A DNA stretch of 64,000 nt from an uncultured Clostridia bacterium (lineage in GTDB: Bacteria; Bacillota; Clostridia; Christensenellales; UBA1242). The position numbers and the translations under genes were made by a program. How positions within the stretch are numbered: the first letter of the stretch is position 1; each line of letters starts with the position of its first letter. The stretch covers positions 172,362 through 236,361 of the forward strand of contig CAKVNK010000001.1 of NCBI GenBank assembly GCA_934777435.1, written 5' to 3'. A model generated the notes under the pieces. The model was not told the origin of the DNA, searched no databases, and saw only the letters and a program-made list of their open reading frames with translations. Positions 8,704-18,522 of this stretch are shown piece after piece.

Positions 8704-10765
8704 AATTACACCCTTTGCCCGAGCATAAAATTGTGGTTTTGTTTTTGCCAAAACGTTTTATAAGTTGGCTACCACATTTTGGACATTTTTCGTTGAGCGG
8801 TAAATCCCAAGAAATAAAGTCGCATTTTGGATAGTTGTTGCAACCAAAGAAAAGTTTGCCACGTTTACTATATTTTGCACTTACAACCCCACCACATTTT
8901 GGGCATATACCAGTTTCTTCAACCTTGATTTCTGGTTCATTTATATTTTTGGTGTTTTTGCATTGTGGGAAGTTTGAACAAGCCAAGAATTTGCCAAACT
9001 TACCTTCACGGTAAACCATCATAGAGCCACATTTATCGCATTTAATATCGCTTGGCACAGGCTCTGATTTAGTCATATTTACGCCCATTTGTTGGCTTGC
9101 ATAGTCCATATGCTTTTTAAAGTCTTTATAGAAAGCGTCAACAATCTCTTGCCACTTGATTTTGCCAACTTCAACATCGTCAAGTTGTTTTTCCATTTCA
9201 GCGGTGAATTTAATGTTCATCACATTGTCAAAATATTCTTCCAAATATTCTGTAACTTTTATGCCAAGTTCGGTTGGCACAAGGTATTTCTTTTCAGTTT
9301 TGATATATTCACGGTTAAACAAGGTAGATATGGTTGAAGCATATGTCGCAGGACGACCAATACCCTGCACTTCCATTTCTTTAATGATTGTATCTTCAGC
9401 AAATCTAACTGGTGGTTTGGTGAATTTTTGTTCGCTGGTTAAACTATCTTTTATAACCGTTTCGCCTTCAATTAAATCTGGAATATTAATTCCGCCCTTT
9501 TCTTCATCTTGTGGTTTATAAACTTTTGTATAACCATCAAAAATCAGAGCCTTGCCAGATGTGCGAAATTTATAATCGTTTGCTGTTACATCAACTGTTA
9601 AACTATCATATTGAGCAAAACTCATTTGGCTTGCAATAAAGCGTTTGAAAACCAAAGTGTAAAGTTTAAGGTAAGTTTCTTCCACCTTGCCTTTTAAATA
9701 TTCTGGTGTGTATTTAAGGTTGATTGGACGGATTGCTTCGTGGGCGTCTTGCACATTATTTTTTGTAGCAAATTCATTAAATTTACCAGGGTGATATTTT
9801 GCACCATAGTTGTTTAAAATGTAATCTTTTGCCGCAAATTGAGCATCAAGGCTAACACGTGTGGAGTCAGTACGGATATATGTTACAAGTGCGGTTTTGC
9901 CTTCACCTGCAATCATAACACCTTCATACAAAGATTGAGCACATTTTGTGTAACTGCCAGAATTCATTTTAAGTTTTTTAATTGCGTCTTGTTGCAATGT
10001 GCTTGTTGTGTATGGTGGCAATGGTTTGCTGTATGTAACCTTACGGTCAATCGAACTTACAACAAAATTTGCGTTTTCAGTTTCTGCCAAAATTTTATCG
10101 GCTTGTTCTTTGTTTTCAACTTCAATCTTTTTATCTTTATATTGCACCAACTCTGCTTTAAATGGTTGTTCACCCTTTCTAAGGTTGGCAAAAATATTCC
10201 AGTATTCAACTGGCACAAAGTTTTTAATTGCTTTTTCACGGTCTACAATCAATTTAAGTGTAACAGATTGCACACGACCAGCAGATAATTTGCCACGAAT
10301 TTTACGGCTTAACAATGGGCTTAATTGATAACCCATTATACGGTCAAGCACACGGCGACCTTGTTGTGCGTTGATTAAATCATAGTTAAGAGGTTTTGGG
10401 TTTGCAATGCTTTCGTTAACCACTTTTTTACTGATTTCGTTAAATGCTGTACGCACCATTGCATCTTTCTCTAAACCTAAAATTGTTGCCAAATGCCAAG
10501 CAATCGCTTCTCCTTCCCTATCCGGGTCGGTTGCAAGATAAACTGCATCGGCTTTGCTTGCCAAGCGTTTAAGTTCCGCCACCAAGGCTTTCTTTTCTGG
10601 GATTATTTCATATGTAGGTTCATAGTTATGTTCAAGGTCTATTGCAAAACTTTTTGCAGGTAAATCACGCACATGACCTTTTGTTGGAAATACAACATAC
10701 TCATCACCTAAATATTTTTTAATACTTTCGCGTTTACCAGGACCTTCTATTAATACTAATTTCAT
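8690..10765 (-). CDS. topA: DNA topoisomerase I
   Basis: TOPRIM DPDREGEAIAWH, a catalytic core, and C-terminal CxxC zinc ribbons (CDKCGS, CPKCGG, CPKCGS). ATG at 10765 preceded by AGGAG. Confidence 0.95.
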   Translation of the reverse strand: MKLVLIEGPGKRESIKKYLGDEYVVFPTKGHVRDLPAKSFAIDLEHNYEPTYEIIPEKKALVAELKRLASKADAVYLATDPDREGEAIAWHLATILGLEKDAMVRTAFNEISKKVVNESIANPKPLNYDLINAQQGRRVLDRIMGYQLSPLLSRKIRGKLSAGRVQSVTLKLIVDREKAIKNFVPVEYWNIFANLRKGEQPFKAELVQYKDKKIEVENKEQADKILAETENANFVVSSIDRKVTYSKPLPPYTTSTLQQDAIKKLKMNSGSYTKCAQSLYEGVMIAGEGKTALVTYIRTDSTRVSLDAQFAAKDYILNNYGAKYHPGKFNEFATKNNVQDAHEAIRPINLKYTPEYLKGKVEETYLKLYTLVFKRFIASQMSFAQYDSLTVDVTANDYKFRTSGKALIFDGYTKVYKPQDEEKGGINIPDLIEGETVIKDSLTSEQKFTKPPVRFAEDTIIKEMEVQGIGRPATYASTISTLFNREYIKTEKKYLVPTELGIKVTEYLEEYFDNVMNIKFTAEMEKQLDDVEVGKIKWQEIVDAFYKDFKKHMDYASQQMGVNMTKSEPVPSDIKCDKCGSMMVYREGKFGKFLACSNFPQCKNTKNINEPEIKVEETGICPKCGGVVSAKYSKRGKLFFGCNNYPKCDFISWDLPLNEKCPKCGSQLIKRFGKNKTTILCSGKGCNYVKD

Positions 10766-10773
10766 CAAATCTC

Positions 10774-11853
10774 CTATGCCATTATATAACTGTTGTTTGC
10801 AAGTTTATACACCAATCCGTCAAGTTCAAGTTCAAGCAAAATAGAGTTAAGTTCGCTTGGCAAAAGATGTGTATGGTCTGCAATTTCTTGAAAAGTCTTT
10901 TTTTCAAACTTGATATAATCTATAACAATTTGTTGTTTGATGTCAAGTTGAATTGACCCCATTTTTAGCTTTTCAGCATTTACGCCTAAACTGCTTAAAA
11001 CGTCCGCTGGTTCAAGTGTTATTTGTGCTGTTTTTTCTTTTATCAGTTTGTTACATCCCTTTGAATATGGGGCATTTATCTTGCCAGGCACTGCAAAAAC
11101 TTTGCGGTGAAATTCATAAGCATCACGGCAAGTTGTAAGTGAACCGCTTTTTTCTGCCGCTTCGGTTACTATTGTTGCTTTGCTTAATCCTGCAATAATA
11201 CGGTTACGTGCCAAAAACAAGTATGCGATTGGTTGCACGTTTGGGCTTGATTCAGTGATAACCAAATTGCTTTCAGTTAATTGCCTATATAAAGCAATGT
11301 TTGTTGATGGATATATATTGTGCAATCCGCCAGCCAGCACTGCGATTGTGGCACCGTCATTTTCAAGCACTGTGCGGTGTGCCAAACTGTCAACCCCCAC
11401 TGCCATACCTGACACAATAGTTATGCCTGCAATAGACAATTCTTTTGCATATTCTTTTGTTGTTACTACGCCATAATCTGTTGGCTTTCTGCTACCTACA
11501 ATCGACACACAACTGCTTGATAACAACTGTAAATTGCCTTTGCAATAAAGGCATAAAGGTGGAGTGTCAATTTCCAACAACTGTTTTGGATAACGGTTAT
11601 CATAGATTGTTACAAACTCAATGCCCTCACTTGCAAAACTTTCAATCAAATTCAAAAATTTTGTTTCGTCCAAGCATTGTGCCATTTTGTTATATTCTTC
11701 AGCAGTTAATATTTCTTTGTATTTTGGGTTACACAAAAAAGACTGCTTGATGTCTGCACCATTTTCAGTGCAATCAAGCAATTTTTTCTTCTTTGCATAA
11801 CCAAGGGAAGAAAACAAGTCCAACCACAAAATATTCTTTTCATTATTTGTCAT
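10774..11853 (-). CDS. dprA: DNA processing protein DprA (Smf)
   Basis: IVGSRKPT...GMAVGVDSLAH...PGKINAP motifs. ATG at 11853 is preferred over the TTG at 11895. Neither has a strong SD. Confidence 0.85.
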   Translation of the reverse strand: MTNNEKNILWLDLFSSLGYAKKKKLLDCTENGADIKQSFLCNPKYKEILTAEEYNKMAQCLDETKFLNLIESFASEGIEFVTIYDNRYPKQLLEIDTPPLCLYCKGNLQLLSSSCVSIVGSRKPTDYGVVTTKEYAKELSIAGITIVSGMAVGVDSLAHRTVLENDGATIAVLAGGLHNIYPSTNIALYRQLTESNLVITESSPNVQPIAYLFLARNRIIAGLSKATIVTEAAEKSGSLTTCRDAYEFHRKVFAVPGKINAPYSKGCNKLIKEKTAQITLEPADVLSSLGVNAEKLKMGSIQLDIKQQIVIDYIKFEKKTFQEIADHTHLLPSELNSILLELELDGLVYKLANNSYIMA

Positions 11854-11906
11854 TTTAACCGCCAAAATTGATTTAAAATTTAAACTGTTTGCCAACTAAA
11901 TTTTGC

Positions 11907-11967
11907 ATTTACTAAATCTAAATCGTACATTTATCAAATCAAACAATTTATTTACTAAATTTAAATC
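11907..11967. repeat. two 18-nt direct repeats in the comM-dprA spacer
   Basis: ATTTACTAAATCTAAATC (11907-11924) and ATTTACTAAATTTAAATC (11950-11967) differ at 1 position. A third partial copy TAAATCTAAAT lies at about 11976-11986. Confidence 0.6.
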
Positions 11968-11980
11968 AAATTAATTAAAT

Positions 11981-13513
11981 CTAAATTGTGTATTTTTTAT
12001 CAAGTGAGCGATATTGTATTGCTTCCAAAATATGTGCCTTTTCAATGTTTGGCTTGCCGTCTAAATCTGCAATAGTTCTTGCAACTTTCAATATGCGGTT
12101 GTATGCCCTAGCACTTAAATTAAGACGTTTAAAAGCGTGTTCAAGCAAATCTGTGCACTCTTTGTTTAGTGTGCAATATTCCTTAAACTCTTTATCACCC
12201 ATTTTGCTATTAGAATATATTTTTGTTTGTTTAAAGCGCTCTAATTGAATTTGGCGTGCCTTGTTCACACGTTGTTTAATTGCACTGCTTGGTTCTTCAA
12301 GTTTATGCGTGGTTAAATCATCAAATTCAACGCTATCAACCACCACATGCAAGTCTATACGGTCCATAAGTGGCCCACTGATTTTTGAAAGGTATTTATG
12401 TATGCTAGCAGGTGAACACTTGCACTCATGTTTTTCACTGCCATAATAACCGCATGGACATGGGTTCATACTTGCCACCAAAGTGAAGTTGGCAGGATAT
12501 TGTACGCTCACTGCATTACGTGAAACTGAAATGTAGCCATCTTCCATAGGTTGACGCAAAGTTTCTATCGTATTGCGGTTATACTCTGGCATTTCATCTA
12601 GGAACAACACACCATTATGAGCCAAACTGATTTCACCGGGTTTAGCCTTTGCTCCGCCACCTGTTAAAGCAATAAGAGTTGCCGTGTGGTGTGGGCTACG
12701 GAACGGACGCTCAATAACAATGCCTTGCTTTTGGTCAAGCAACCCTGCCACGCTGTGAATTTTAGTAACTTCCAAACTTTCATCAAACGTCATATCTGGC
12801 AAAATTGAAGGGAAGCATTTTGCAAGCATAGTTTTGCCAGAACCCGGTGGACCTATAAGCAAAATATTATGTCCGCCAGCCGCTGCAATTTCCATTGCTC
12901 GTTTGGCACTCGCTTGCCCTTTAACATATGCAAAATCATGGCTAAAATGATGTTGTTTAAGTGCACTTTCAAAAGTTTTGTTTTGTGCTGGTTTCAACTT
13001 TGCTGTTCCCAACAAGAAATCAACGGCTTGTTTAAGCGTTTTAACTGGGTAAACTTCAATTTGGTCTATAAAAGACGCTTCCATTTCATTATCCGCTGGA
13101 ATAATAAATTTATTGTAACCCATTTGTTTTGCACTGATAAGCATAGGCATAATACCATTAAGCCTGCGTATCTCACCATTCAAACTCAATTCACCAAGCA
13201 CAACATAATCTTTAACTGACACTTGTGGCACAATCTCTTGTGCAATCAGCAAGGCAAGTGCGATTGGTAAATCGTACATACTACCTTCTTTACGGGTGTC
13301 AGCTGGTGCAAGATTGATGATTATTTTGTTAACTGGATATTTATATGTGCTGTTTTTAATTGCACTTTTAACACGTTCTTTACTCTCTTTAATCGCTGTG
13401 TCAGCCAAGCCAACCACATCATAGGCTGGCAAACCTGCATTAACATCTAATTCAATTTCAACTGGATAGCCAGTGATACCATTTAATCCAAAAGATAAAA
13501 TTTTTGCCAGCAT
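11981..13513 (-). CDS. comM: Mg-chelatase-like AAA+ protein YifB/ComM
   Basis: 510 aa. N-terminal Lon-like domain, Walker A GPPGSGKTMLA, LFLDEMPE, and C-terminal ChlI-like region. Confidence 0.9.
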   Translation of the reverse strand: MLAKILSFGLNGITGYPVEIELDVNAGLPAYDVVGLADTAIKESKERVKSAIKNSTYKYPVNKIIINLAPADTRKEGSMYDLPIALALLIAQEIVPQVSVKDYVVLGELSLNGEIRRLNGIMPMLISAKQMGYNKFIIPADNEMEASFIDQIEVYPVKTLKQAVDFLLGTAKLKPAQNKTFESALKQHHFSHDFAYVKGQASAKRAMEIAAAGGHNILLIGPPGSGKTMLAKCFPSILPDMTFDESLEVTKIHSVAGLLDQKQGIVIERPFRSPHHTATLIALTGGGAKAKPGEISLAHNGVLFLDEMPEYNRNTIETLRQPMEDGYISVSRNAVSVQYPANFTLVASMNPCPCGYYGSEKHECKCSPASIHKYLSKISGPLMDRIDLHVVVDSVEFDDLTTHKLEEPSSAIKQRVNKARQIQLERFKQTKIYSNSKMGDKEFKEYCTLNKECTDLLEHAFKRLNLSARAYNRILKVARTIADLDGKPNIEKAHILEAIQYRSLDKKYTI

Positions 13514-13696
13514 TGCCTTTTCTCCTCATCTGTTCACTATACCAAATATTGGCAAAATAAGTCAAATAAAAAGTCGAACAAATGTTTGATTGATAAAAAT
13601 AATATGAGATTATTTAGTAAAATTGTTCAAGTTCAATTTTTGAAACAGAAAAAATTTCACTTAATTCAATTCATATTCAACATAGTTATAACTGCA

Positions 13697-13730
13697 ACAA
13701 AAAAGAAGACAGATTATCTCTTGTCTTCTT
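13697..13730 (-). terminator. rho-independent terminator overlapping the rplS stop
   Basis: 9-bp stem AAGAAGACA (13703-13711) / TGTCTTCTT (13722-13730). A U-run follows on the minus strand. The stop codon (13714-13716) lies in the loop. Confidence 0.7.
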
Positions 13731-14058
13731 TAACTTTTGCGGCTTTACCTGAAAGATCTCTAATGTAATAGATTTTAGCACGGCGAACTTTTGCTTTTCT
13801 TGTTACCACAATTTTTTCAATACGTGGGCTGTGAACAGGGAAAGTTCTTTCAACACCAATGCCAAAAGATACACGGCGAACAGTGAAAGTTTCACGAACA
13901 CCAGAACCTTTTTTTGCAATTACAACGCCTTCGTATGCTTGGATACGTTCTTTGTCACCTTCTTTGACCTTTACGTTAACACGTACAGTGTCACCAATAT
14001 TGAAAGGAGTGATGTCATTGCGTAATTGCTCTTTCTCGATTTGGTCGATAATATTCAT
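13714..14058 (-). CDS. rplS: 50S ribosomal protein L19
   Basis: 114 aa: [13 protein letters not shown]...[16 protein letters not shown]...[14 protein letters not shown]... Confidence 0.97.
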   Translation of the reverse strand: MNIIDQIEKEQLRNDITPFNIGDTVRVNVKVKEGDKERIQAYEGVVIAKKGSGVRETFTVRRVSFGIGVERTFPVHSPRIEKIVVTRKAKVRRAKIYYIRDLSGKAAKVKEDKR

Positions 14059-14061
14059 AGT

Positions 14062-14115
14062 TACCTCCTAAATTTGACGTTCTTGCCTTGGTCGGTAGCG
14101 GACCGTCAACAACTT
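14062..14115 (-). promoter_or_regulatory. structured 5' leader of rplS (candidate L19 autoregulatory leader)
   Basis: GC-rich nested hairpin in an AT-rich spacer. Outer stem TTGACG (14109..14104) / CGTCAA (14079..14074) and inner stem GGTC-CGCTACC-GACC, directly before GGAGG (14068..14064) and the ATG. Confidence 0.45.
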
Positions 14116-14317
14116 AATTATAGTAACACAAAAAAAACAAACTTGCAAGTGTTTTTTGCAAATTTGTTAAATATATTTACTTTACAGCTAAAATTTAAAT
14201 CCTTACATAAAATTGAGTTTTATTAATCAAGTTTTTGAGTTTTGTAAAACCAATTTTGGCAATTTGCGTTTCTTTGCCTTATTTTTAAGCAGAATTTAAT
14301 TAAACTAAAATATGTTT

Positions 14318-14806
14318 TTATTTTGATTTTGGTGTTGTCAATTTTAGAATTGAACGCAATTTAACCAAATCTTCTGGTGCTAAATCAGCCTTTCCAACTG
14401 GATATGCCATTGCCTTGTTTGGATAGATAAATATGTAAGATTTTGATTCTTTAACCTTTATCATATCTTTATAATAGGCCTTGCCAGTTGCAATTTGTTC
14501 ACCATGTTTAAATGATGTTAAAGTAAAATAGTCGTCATAAAATTCGTAAACAGACTCGTCTTCCATAATTTTTTTATTATTTTTTTTACCAATAGAAATC
14601 AAAACAAAGTATGTGATACCAAGCACCAAACATACCCAAAGCCAAATGTCAATATAAAAGTTTTCAAAACCAATAAATAGATATAAAGCAAACAAAGTAA
14701 GCAAGCCAGCACCACCTACAGATGTTAAAATAATTGCCCATACCAAAATTGGATGTAACAATTCGCTTGCAATTTGTGGTGTCATTTTTGTTTTACAACT
14801 AAACAT
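14318..14806 (-). CDS. YcxB-like membrane protein
   Basis: 162 aa. Two TM helices and then a C-terminal domain (FYDDYFTLTS...YIFIYPNKAMAYPVGK) resembling the YcxB-like domain. AGGAG SD. Confidence 0.55.
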   Translation of the reverse strand: MFSCKTKMTPQIASELLHPILVWAIILTSVGGAGLLTLFALYLFIGFENFYIDIWLWVCLVLGITYFVLISIGKKNNKKIMEDESVYEFYDDYFTLTSFKHGEQIATGKAYYKDMIKVKESKSYIFIYPNKAMAYPVGKADLAPEDLVKLRSILKLTTPKSK

Positions 14807-14876
14807 AATTCTCTCCTATTAATGTCTTTATGTTAGCATTTTTTAACTTGTTAGTCAATATTTGTGTTAATTTTGT

Positions 14877-15089
14877 TCATTTTTCTGATTTATCTTTACT
14901 TTTTTTAGAATATCTTTCAACAAAAATTGCCAAAGGAATTGAAAATATGATAATTGTTGGCAACCAAGTAAATATCAAAATGCCCCTTAAAGCAAAGACG
15001 TCAACACCGCACCAACATAAAATTGGAATATGTAAAAATCCAACTATCACACACAGAATCGACAATACTAAAAATATCCATTTTTTCAT
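14877..15089 (-). CDS. small hydrophobic membrane protein
   Basis: 70 aa from the ATG at 15089 (SD AAGGGGA) with two predicted TM helices. No family recognised. Confidence 0.45.
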   Translation of the reverse strand: MKKWIFLVLSILCVIVGFLHIPILCWCGVDVFALRGILIFTWLPTIIIFSIPLAIFVERYSKKSKDKSEK

Positions 15090-15227
15090 AAATTCCCCTT
15101 TTGCATTGTAGTGGTTATTGTTCGGTAAACTTTGCATTAGTTTATAGATTAATTAATATACATCACATACATCAAAAGTTTTCACATTATAAATACAATA
15201 TTTATTCAAAGTCATTTGTTACATGCT

Positions 15228-15578
15228 TTAAAATGCATTTTCGATGTGTGTTATTTCATAGTCGTCAATTTGCCCCACTATTGAAATCACATCAAATCGG
15301 CAGTTGGTTTCTAACTTTTTGTGTTGTTTTAGATATGAAGTTGCAACTTGCCTTATTTTATTTTGTTTATGTAAGTTAACCGCTTCCATTGGACTACCAA
15401 ATGCATTAGACAATCTGGCTTTAACTTCAACAAACACTAAATAATCACCGTCTTTTGCAATCACATCTATTTCGCCTAGTTGATTTTTATAGTTATTTGC
15501 AATTATTTTATAGCCTTTTGCTTGCAAATATTTAGTCGCAATTATTTCGCCAACCTTTCCATACGTATGTTTTTGCAT
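15228..15578 (-). CDS. yraN: YraN-family endonuclease-like protein (UPF0102)
   Basis: 116 aa: GEIDVIAKDGDYLVFVEVKAR...RFDVISI. GAGGAAG SD. Overlaps the end of rnhB. Confidence 0.85.
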   Translation of the reverse strand: MQKHTYGKVGEIIATKYLQAKGYKIIANNYKNQLGEIDVIAKDGDYLVFVEVKARLSNAFGSPMEAVNLHKQNKIRQVATSYLKQHKKLETNCRFDVISIVGQIDDYEITHIENAF

Positions 15579-16192
15579 TTTTCTTCCTCTATAATATTGC
15601 CTAAAAAACTTAATCTATGTATTGGTGTTATGCCAAATTGTTTTATTGCTTCAATATGCTTTTTTGTGCCATAACCAACATTGTGTTCAAAATCATATTG
15701 TGTGTATTTCTTTGCATAATCTACCATTAATTTGTCCCTATAAACTTTTGCAACAATGCTTGCACAAGCAATAGCATAACTTGTTGCATCACCTTTGATT
15801 ATAGGTTTTTCATTTTCACAAATATTTAGTTTAACTGCATCAATAAGCAACAAGTCAGGTTTAACTTTACTATGTGCAAAACAATCTGCCATACACTCTT
15901 TTGTTGCGTTGAGTATGTTTATTTCATCTATACGCAAATTGTCTGCCATGCTCAATGATACAGATATTGCTTTATTTATAATCTCATTATATAGTCTTGC
16001 ACGGTTTTTAGCAGTCACCTTTTTACTGTCAAACACGCCGTCTATCATATCATCATATGGCATAACAACACAAGCAGTAACAACCGGACCAGCAAGTGGA
16101 CCACGCCCCACTTCGTCAATGCCTGCAATATATTTAACATTTTCATTTAAAAATTGCTTATCAAAATCAAATATTTCTTTTGTATTTATCAT
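15542..16192 (-). CDS. rnhB: ribonuclease HII
   Basis: GIDEVGRGPLAGPVV catalytic motif and KGDATSYAIACASIVAKV. ATG at 16192; the ORF-track start at 16204 is TTG. Confidence 0.92.
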   Translation of the reverse strand: MINTKEIFDFDKQFLNENVKYIAGIDEVGRGPLAGPVVTACVVMPYDDMIDGVFDSKKVTAKNRARLYNEIINKAISVSLSMADNLRIDEINILNATKECMADCFAHSKVKPDLLLIDAVKLNICENEKPIIKGDATSYAIACASIVAKVYRDKLMVDYAKKYTQYDFEHNVGYGTKKHIEAIKQFGITPIHRLSFLGNIIEEEKCKNIRMERLAK

Positions 16193-16204
16193 TTTTTTTT
16201 CCAA

Positions 16205-17038
16205 TTATTCCAAACAGATTTTACCAAGTTTACCAGCACGGAAATCAGTGAGCAAAATTTTTGCAGCACGTTCAGTGTCAACTTCGCCACCTTTAATCAT
16301 ACAACCACGTTTTTTACCAATACGTTCCAGTAATTCAATATCGTGTGTATAATTAGTTGTATCTACTCCATATTTTGTTTGCAAAATGTTTGAATTAATT
16401 TGCATTAAGCGTGCAATAAGTTTGCAGGCAATATCAACAATATTCAAAACATCATCTCTAACCGAGCCAACAAACGCAAGATTATATGCTTTTTGTTCGT
16501 TTTCAAAAGTTGGCAAAAGTACACCCGGAGTATCCATAAATTCAATATTTGCATCAACCTTTATCCATTGCTTGCTACGTGTCACCCCTGCCTTGTTGCC
16601 AGTTACTGCTCTACCTTGACCACAAAGGTTGTTAACTATTGTTGATTTGCCACTGTTTGGCACACCAAGTACCATTGCACGTGTGATAAAATTAACACCA
16701 CGTACTTTGTTTTTTTCTTCCTTTTCTTTAAACACTTTTTTAATTGTGTTTACTATTATTTTTGCATTGCCACTTATAGTTGCGTTTATACTTACACACT
16801 CACTGCCATGTGCATTGAAAAACTTTTTAAAGCGGTTTATGTCAGCATCGCCGACCAAATCTGCCTTGTTTAAAACATATATAATAGGCTTGTCTTTTAT
16901 CACTTTAACAAATTCAGGATTAATACAACTTGTTGGACATCGTGCGTCTAAAATATAAACAAAGCAGTTGCAAAGTTTGCTATCTGCCTGCATTTGTTTT
17001 AATGTCTTATTCATATGCCCAGGGAACCAGTTAATCAT
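16205..17038 (-). CDS. rbgA: ribosome biogenesis GTPase A (RbgA/YlqF)
   Basis: Circularly permuted GTPase: NKADL precedes GVPNSGKST and DTPG. 277 aa. Confidence 0.92.
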   Translation of the reverse strand: MINWFPGHMNKTLKQMQADSKLCNCFVYILDARCPTSCINPEFVKVIKDKPIIYVLNKADLVGDADINRFKKFFNAHGSECVSINATISGNAKIIVNTIKKVFKEKEEKNKVRGVNFITRAMVLGVPNSGKSTIVNNLCGQGRAVTGNKAGVTRSKQWIKVDANIEFMDTPGVLLPTFENEQKAYNLAFVGSVRDDVLNIVDIACKLIARLMQINSNILQTKYGVDTTNYTHDIELLERIGKKRGCMIKGGEVDTERAAKILLTDFRAGKLGKICLE

Positions 17039-17161
17039 AATTTATCCTTTTAACTTTTTGTTTTGCAAAGTATTAATTGTTTTGCTTATTGTCAAATTTT
17101 TAAGTGTATATTTTAAGATATTCAATCAAGCATTAACCCACAAAACAAGTTTGCTTTTATT

Positions 17162-17698
17162 TTAATCTTTTAATGTTGTTTTAATAGTTTCTTGCTTTAA
17201 AATATTATAGGCTTCTAACATTTCTTTTGCTATAACAACAAAAGATTCATTAACGCCGGCTTTAATTGCTTCATTTAAAGTGTTTTCAAACTCATCTTTA
17301 TGAACTTTTATCACCTTTAAATCGTGTTCACGTTCATTATCTGTTAAATTTATTCCATTGATATTAGGTGTTTTTGTTGTCAGCACCATGTAATAAACAA
17401 TTCTATTAAGCCTATTTTTACCAGTGCGTTCATTAACTCTATATTTTTCTGTTTGATAAAATTTTGTTATTTTATCCGTACTGTCAAGCACAATGCCTGT
17501 TTCTTCTTCCACTTCACGCAATAATGCTAAATCAAAATCTTCACCGTCTTCTACGTGACCACCGGGCAACATATATCCCCAATCAATTTTATCAAGGAAA
17601 ATATATTCACCATTAAAAATAAATGCCTTAACACGTGTTACGGTTTCTTCAATTTGATTTGCTTTTATGTGGTTAGGGTTTATTATTTTTGTTTGCAT
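17162..17698 (-). CDS. NUDIX hydrolase
   Basis: Complete Nudix box GGHVEDGEDFDLALLREVEEETGI. SD AGGGAGA. Confidence 0.85.
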   Translation of the reverse strand: MQTKIINPNHIKANQIEETVTRVKAFIFNGEYIFLDKIDWGYMLPGGHVEDGEDFDLALLREVEEETGIVLDSTDKITKFYQTEKYRVNERTGKNRLNRIVYYMVLTTKTPNINGINLTDNEREHDLKVIKVHKDEFENTLNEAIKAGVNESFVVIAKEMLEAYNILKQETIKTTLKD

Positions 17699-17793
17699 AT
17701 ATTCTCCCTTTAATTAAATTTTTGTTTTGGTTTTTTTTAGTTTAATTATTATTTTTTGTTTATTTTTTTCAAATTAAATATTTTACAAGTGGG

Positions 17794-18522
17794 TTATTTT
17801 TTTAATAAATCTGGGCGATTTTGTTTTGTTATTTCCAACGCTTGATTGTGCCTAAATTCAGCAATTTTTTTATGGTTGCCACTTAATAAAACTTCAGGCA
17901 CTTTAAGCCCATTAAAATCTGCTGGACGTGTGTATTGGTTATATTCAAGCAACGTTAATGTTTCAGTATTTTTAACCTTTTTGCCACGTTTATCTTTGGT
18001 TATAGTTTCATGTTCTGTTTGGCTGAAACTTTCTTCAACTGTGCTATCTGCACTGATAACCCCTGGCAACAAACGTATAATAGCGTCTGCAACAACCATT
18101 GCTGGCAATTCACCACCAGTAAGCACAAAATCACCAATAGAAAGTTCTTGTATATTAAAGTAATCCAACACACGTTGGTCAATGCCTTCGTAATGCCCAC
18201 AAATTAAAATCAAGTGCTGTTCAGTTGATAATTCACGTGCTAAACCTTGATTAAAAACTTTGCCCCGTGGCGACATATAAAATATTTTAGAATTTTCAGT
18301 TTTTACTGCTTCGATAGCCTTAAAAAGTGGTTCACACATCATAACCATGCCAGCCCCACCGCCAAATGGCATATCATCACATTTATAGTGTGGTGGCAAA
18401 GCATAATCACGAATATTTGTTATATTAATTTCAATTTTACCATCTTCAACAGCACGTTTAATTATGCTTTCTTTCAATGGTGCAAACATTTCAGGGAATA
18501 ATGTTAAAATATCTATTCTCAT
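17794..18522 (-). CDS. trmD: tRNA (guanine37-N1)-methyltransferase
   Basis: MRIDILTLFPEMF...CGHYEGIDQRV...SIGDFVLTGGELPAMV. Overlaps rimM by 4 nt. Confidence 0.96.
   Translation of the reverse strand: MRIDILTLFPEMFAPLKESIIKRAVEDGKIEINITNIRDYALPPHYKCDDMPFGGGAGMVMMCEPLFKAIEAVKTENSKIFYMSPRGKVFNQGLARELSTEQHLILICGHYEGIDQRVLDYFNIQELSIGDFVLTGGELPAMVVADAIIRLLPGVISADSTVEESFSQTEHETITKDKRGKKVKNTETLTLLEYNQYTRPADFNGLKVPEVLLSGNHKKIAEFRHNQALEITKQNRPDLLKK

Noticed and set aside
8704-8751. N-terminal extensions suggested by the ORF track: trmFO to 8751, ftsY to 23175, smc to 26848, ligA to 29608, rpmF to 45228, def to 38414 and ylbJ-like from 49141.
   Set aside because: The extensions overlap upstream genes or lack SDs. 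Internal ATGs with good SDs give N-termini that match the known family starts.
15795-16352. 185-aa plus-strand ORF antisense to rnhB/rbgA. Similar long antisense ORFs occur at 48519-49130, 32698-33264, 9839-10288, 6133-6555 and 58884-59315.
   Set aside because: They lie entirely inside well-supported minus-strand genes and have no SD or promoter. Their compositions are low-complexity and Cys/Phe/Ser-rich, typical of shadow frames in AT-rich DNA.
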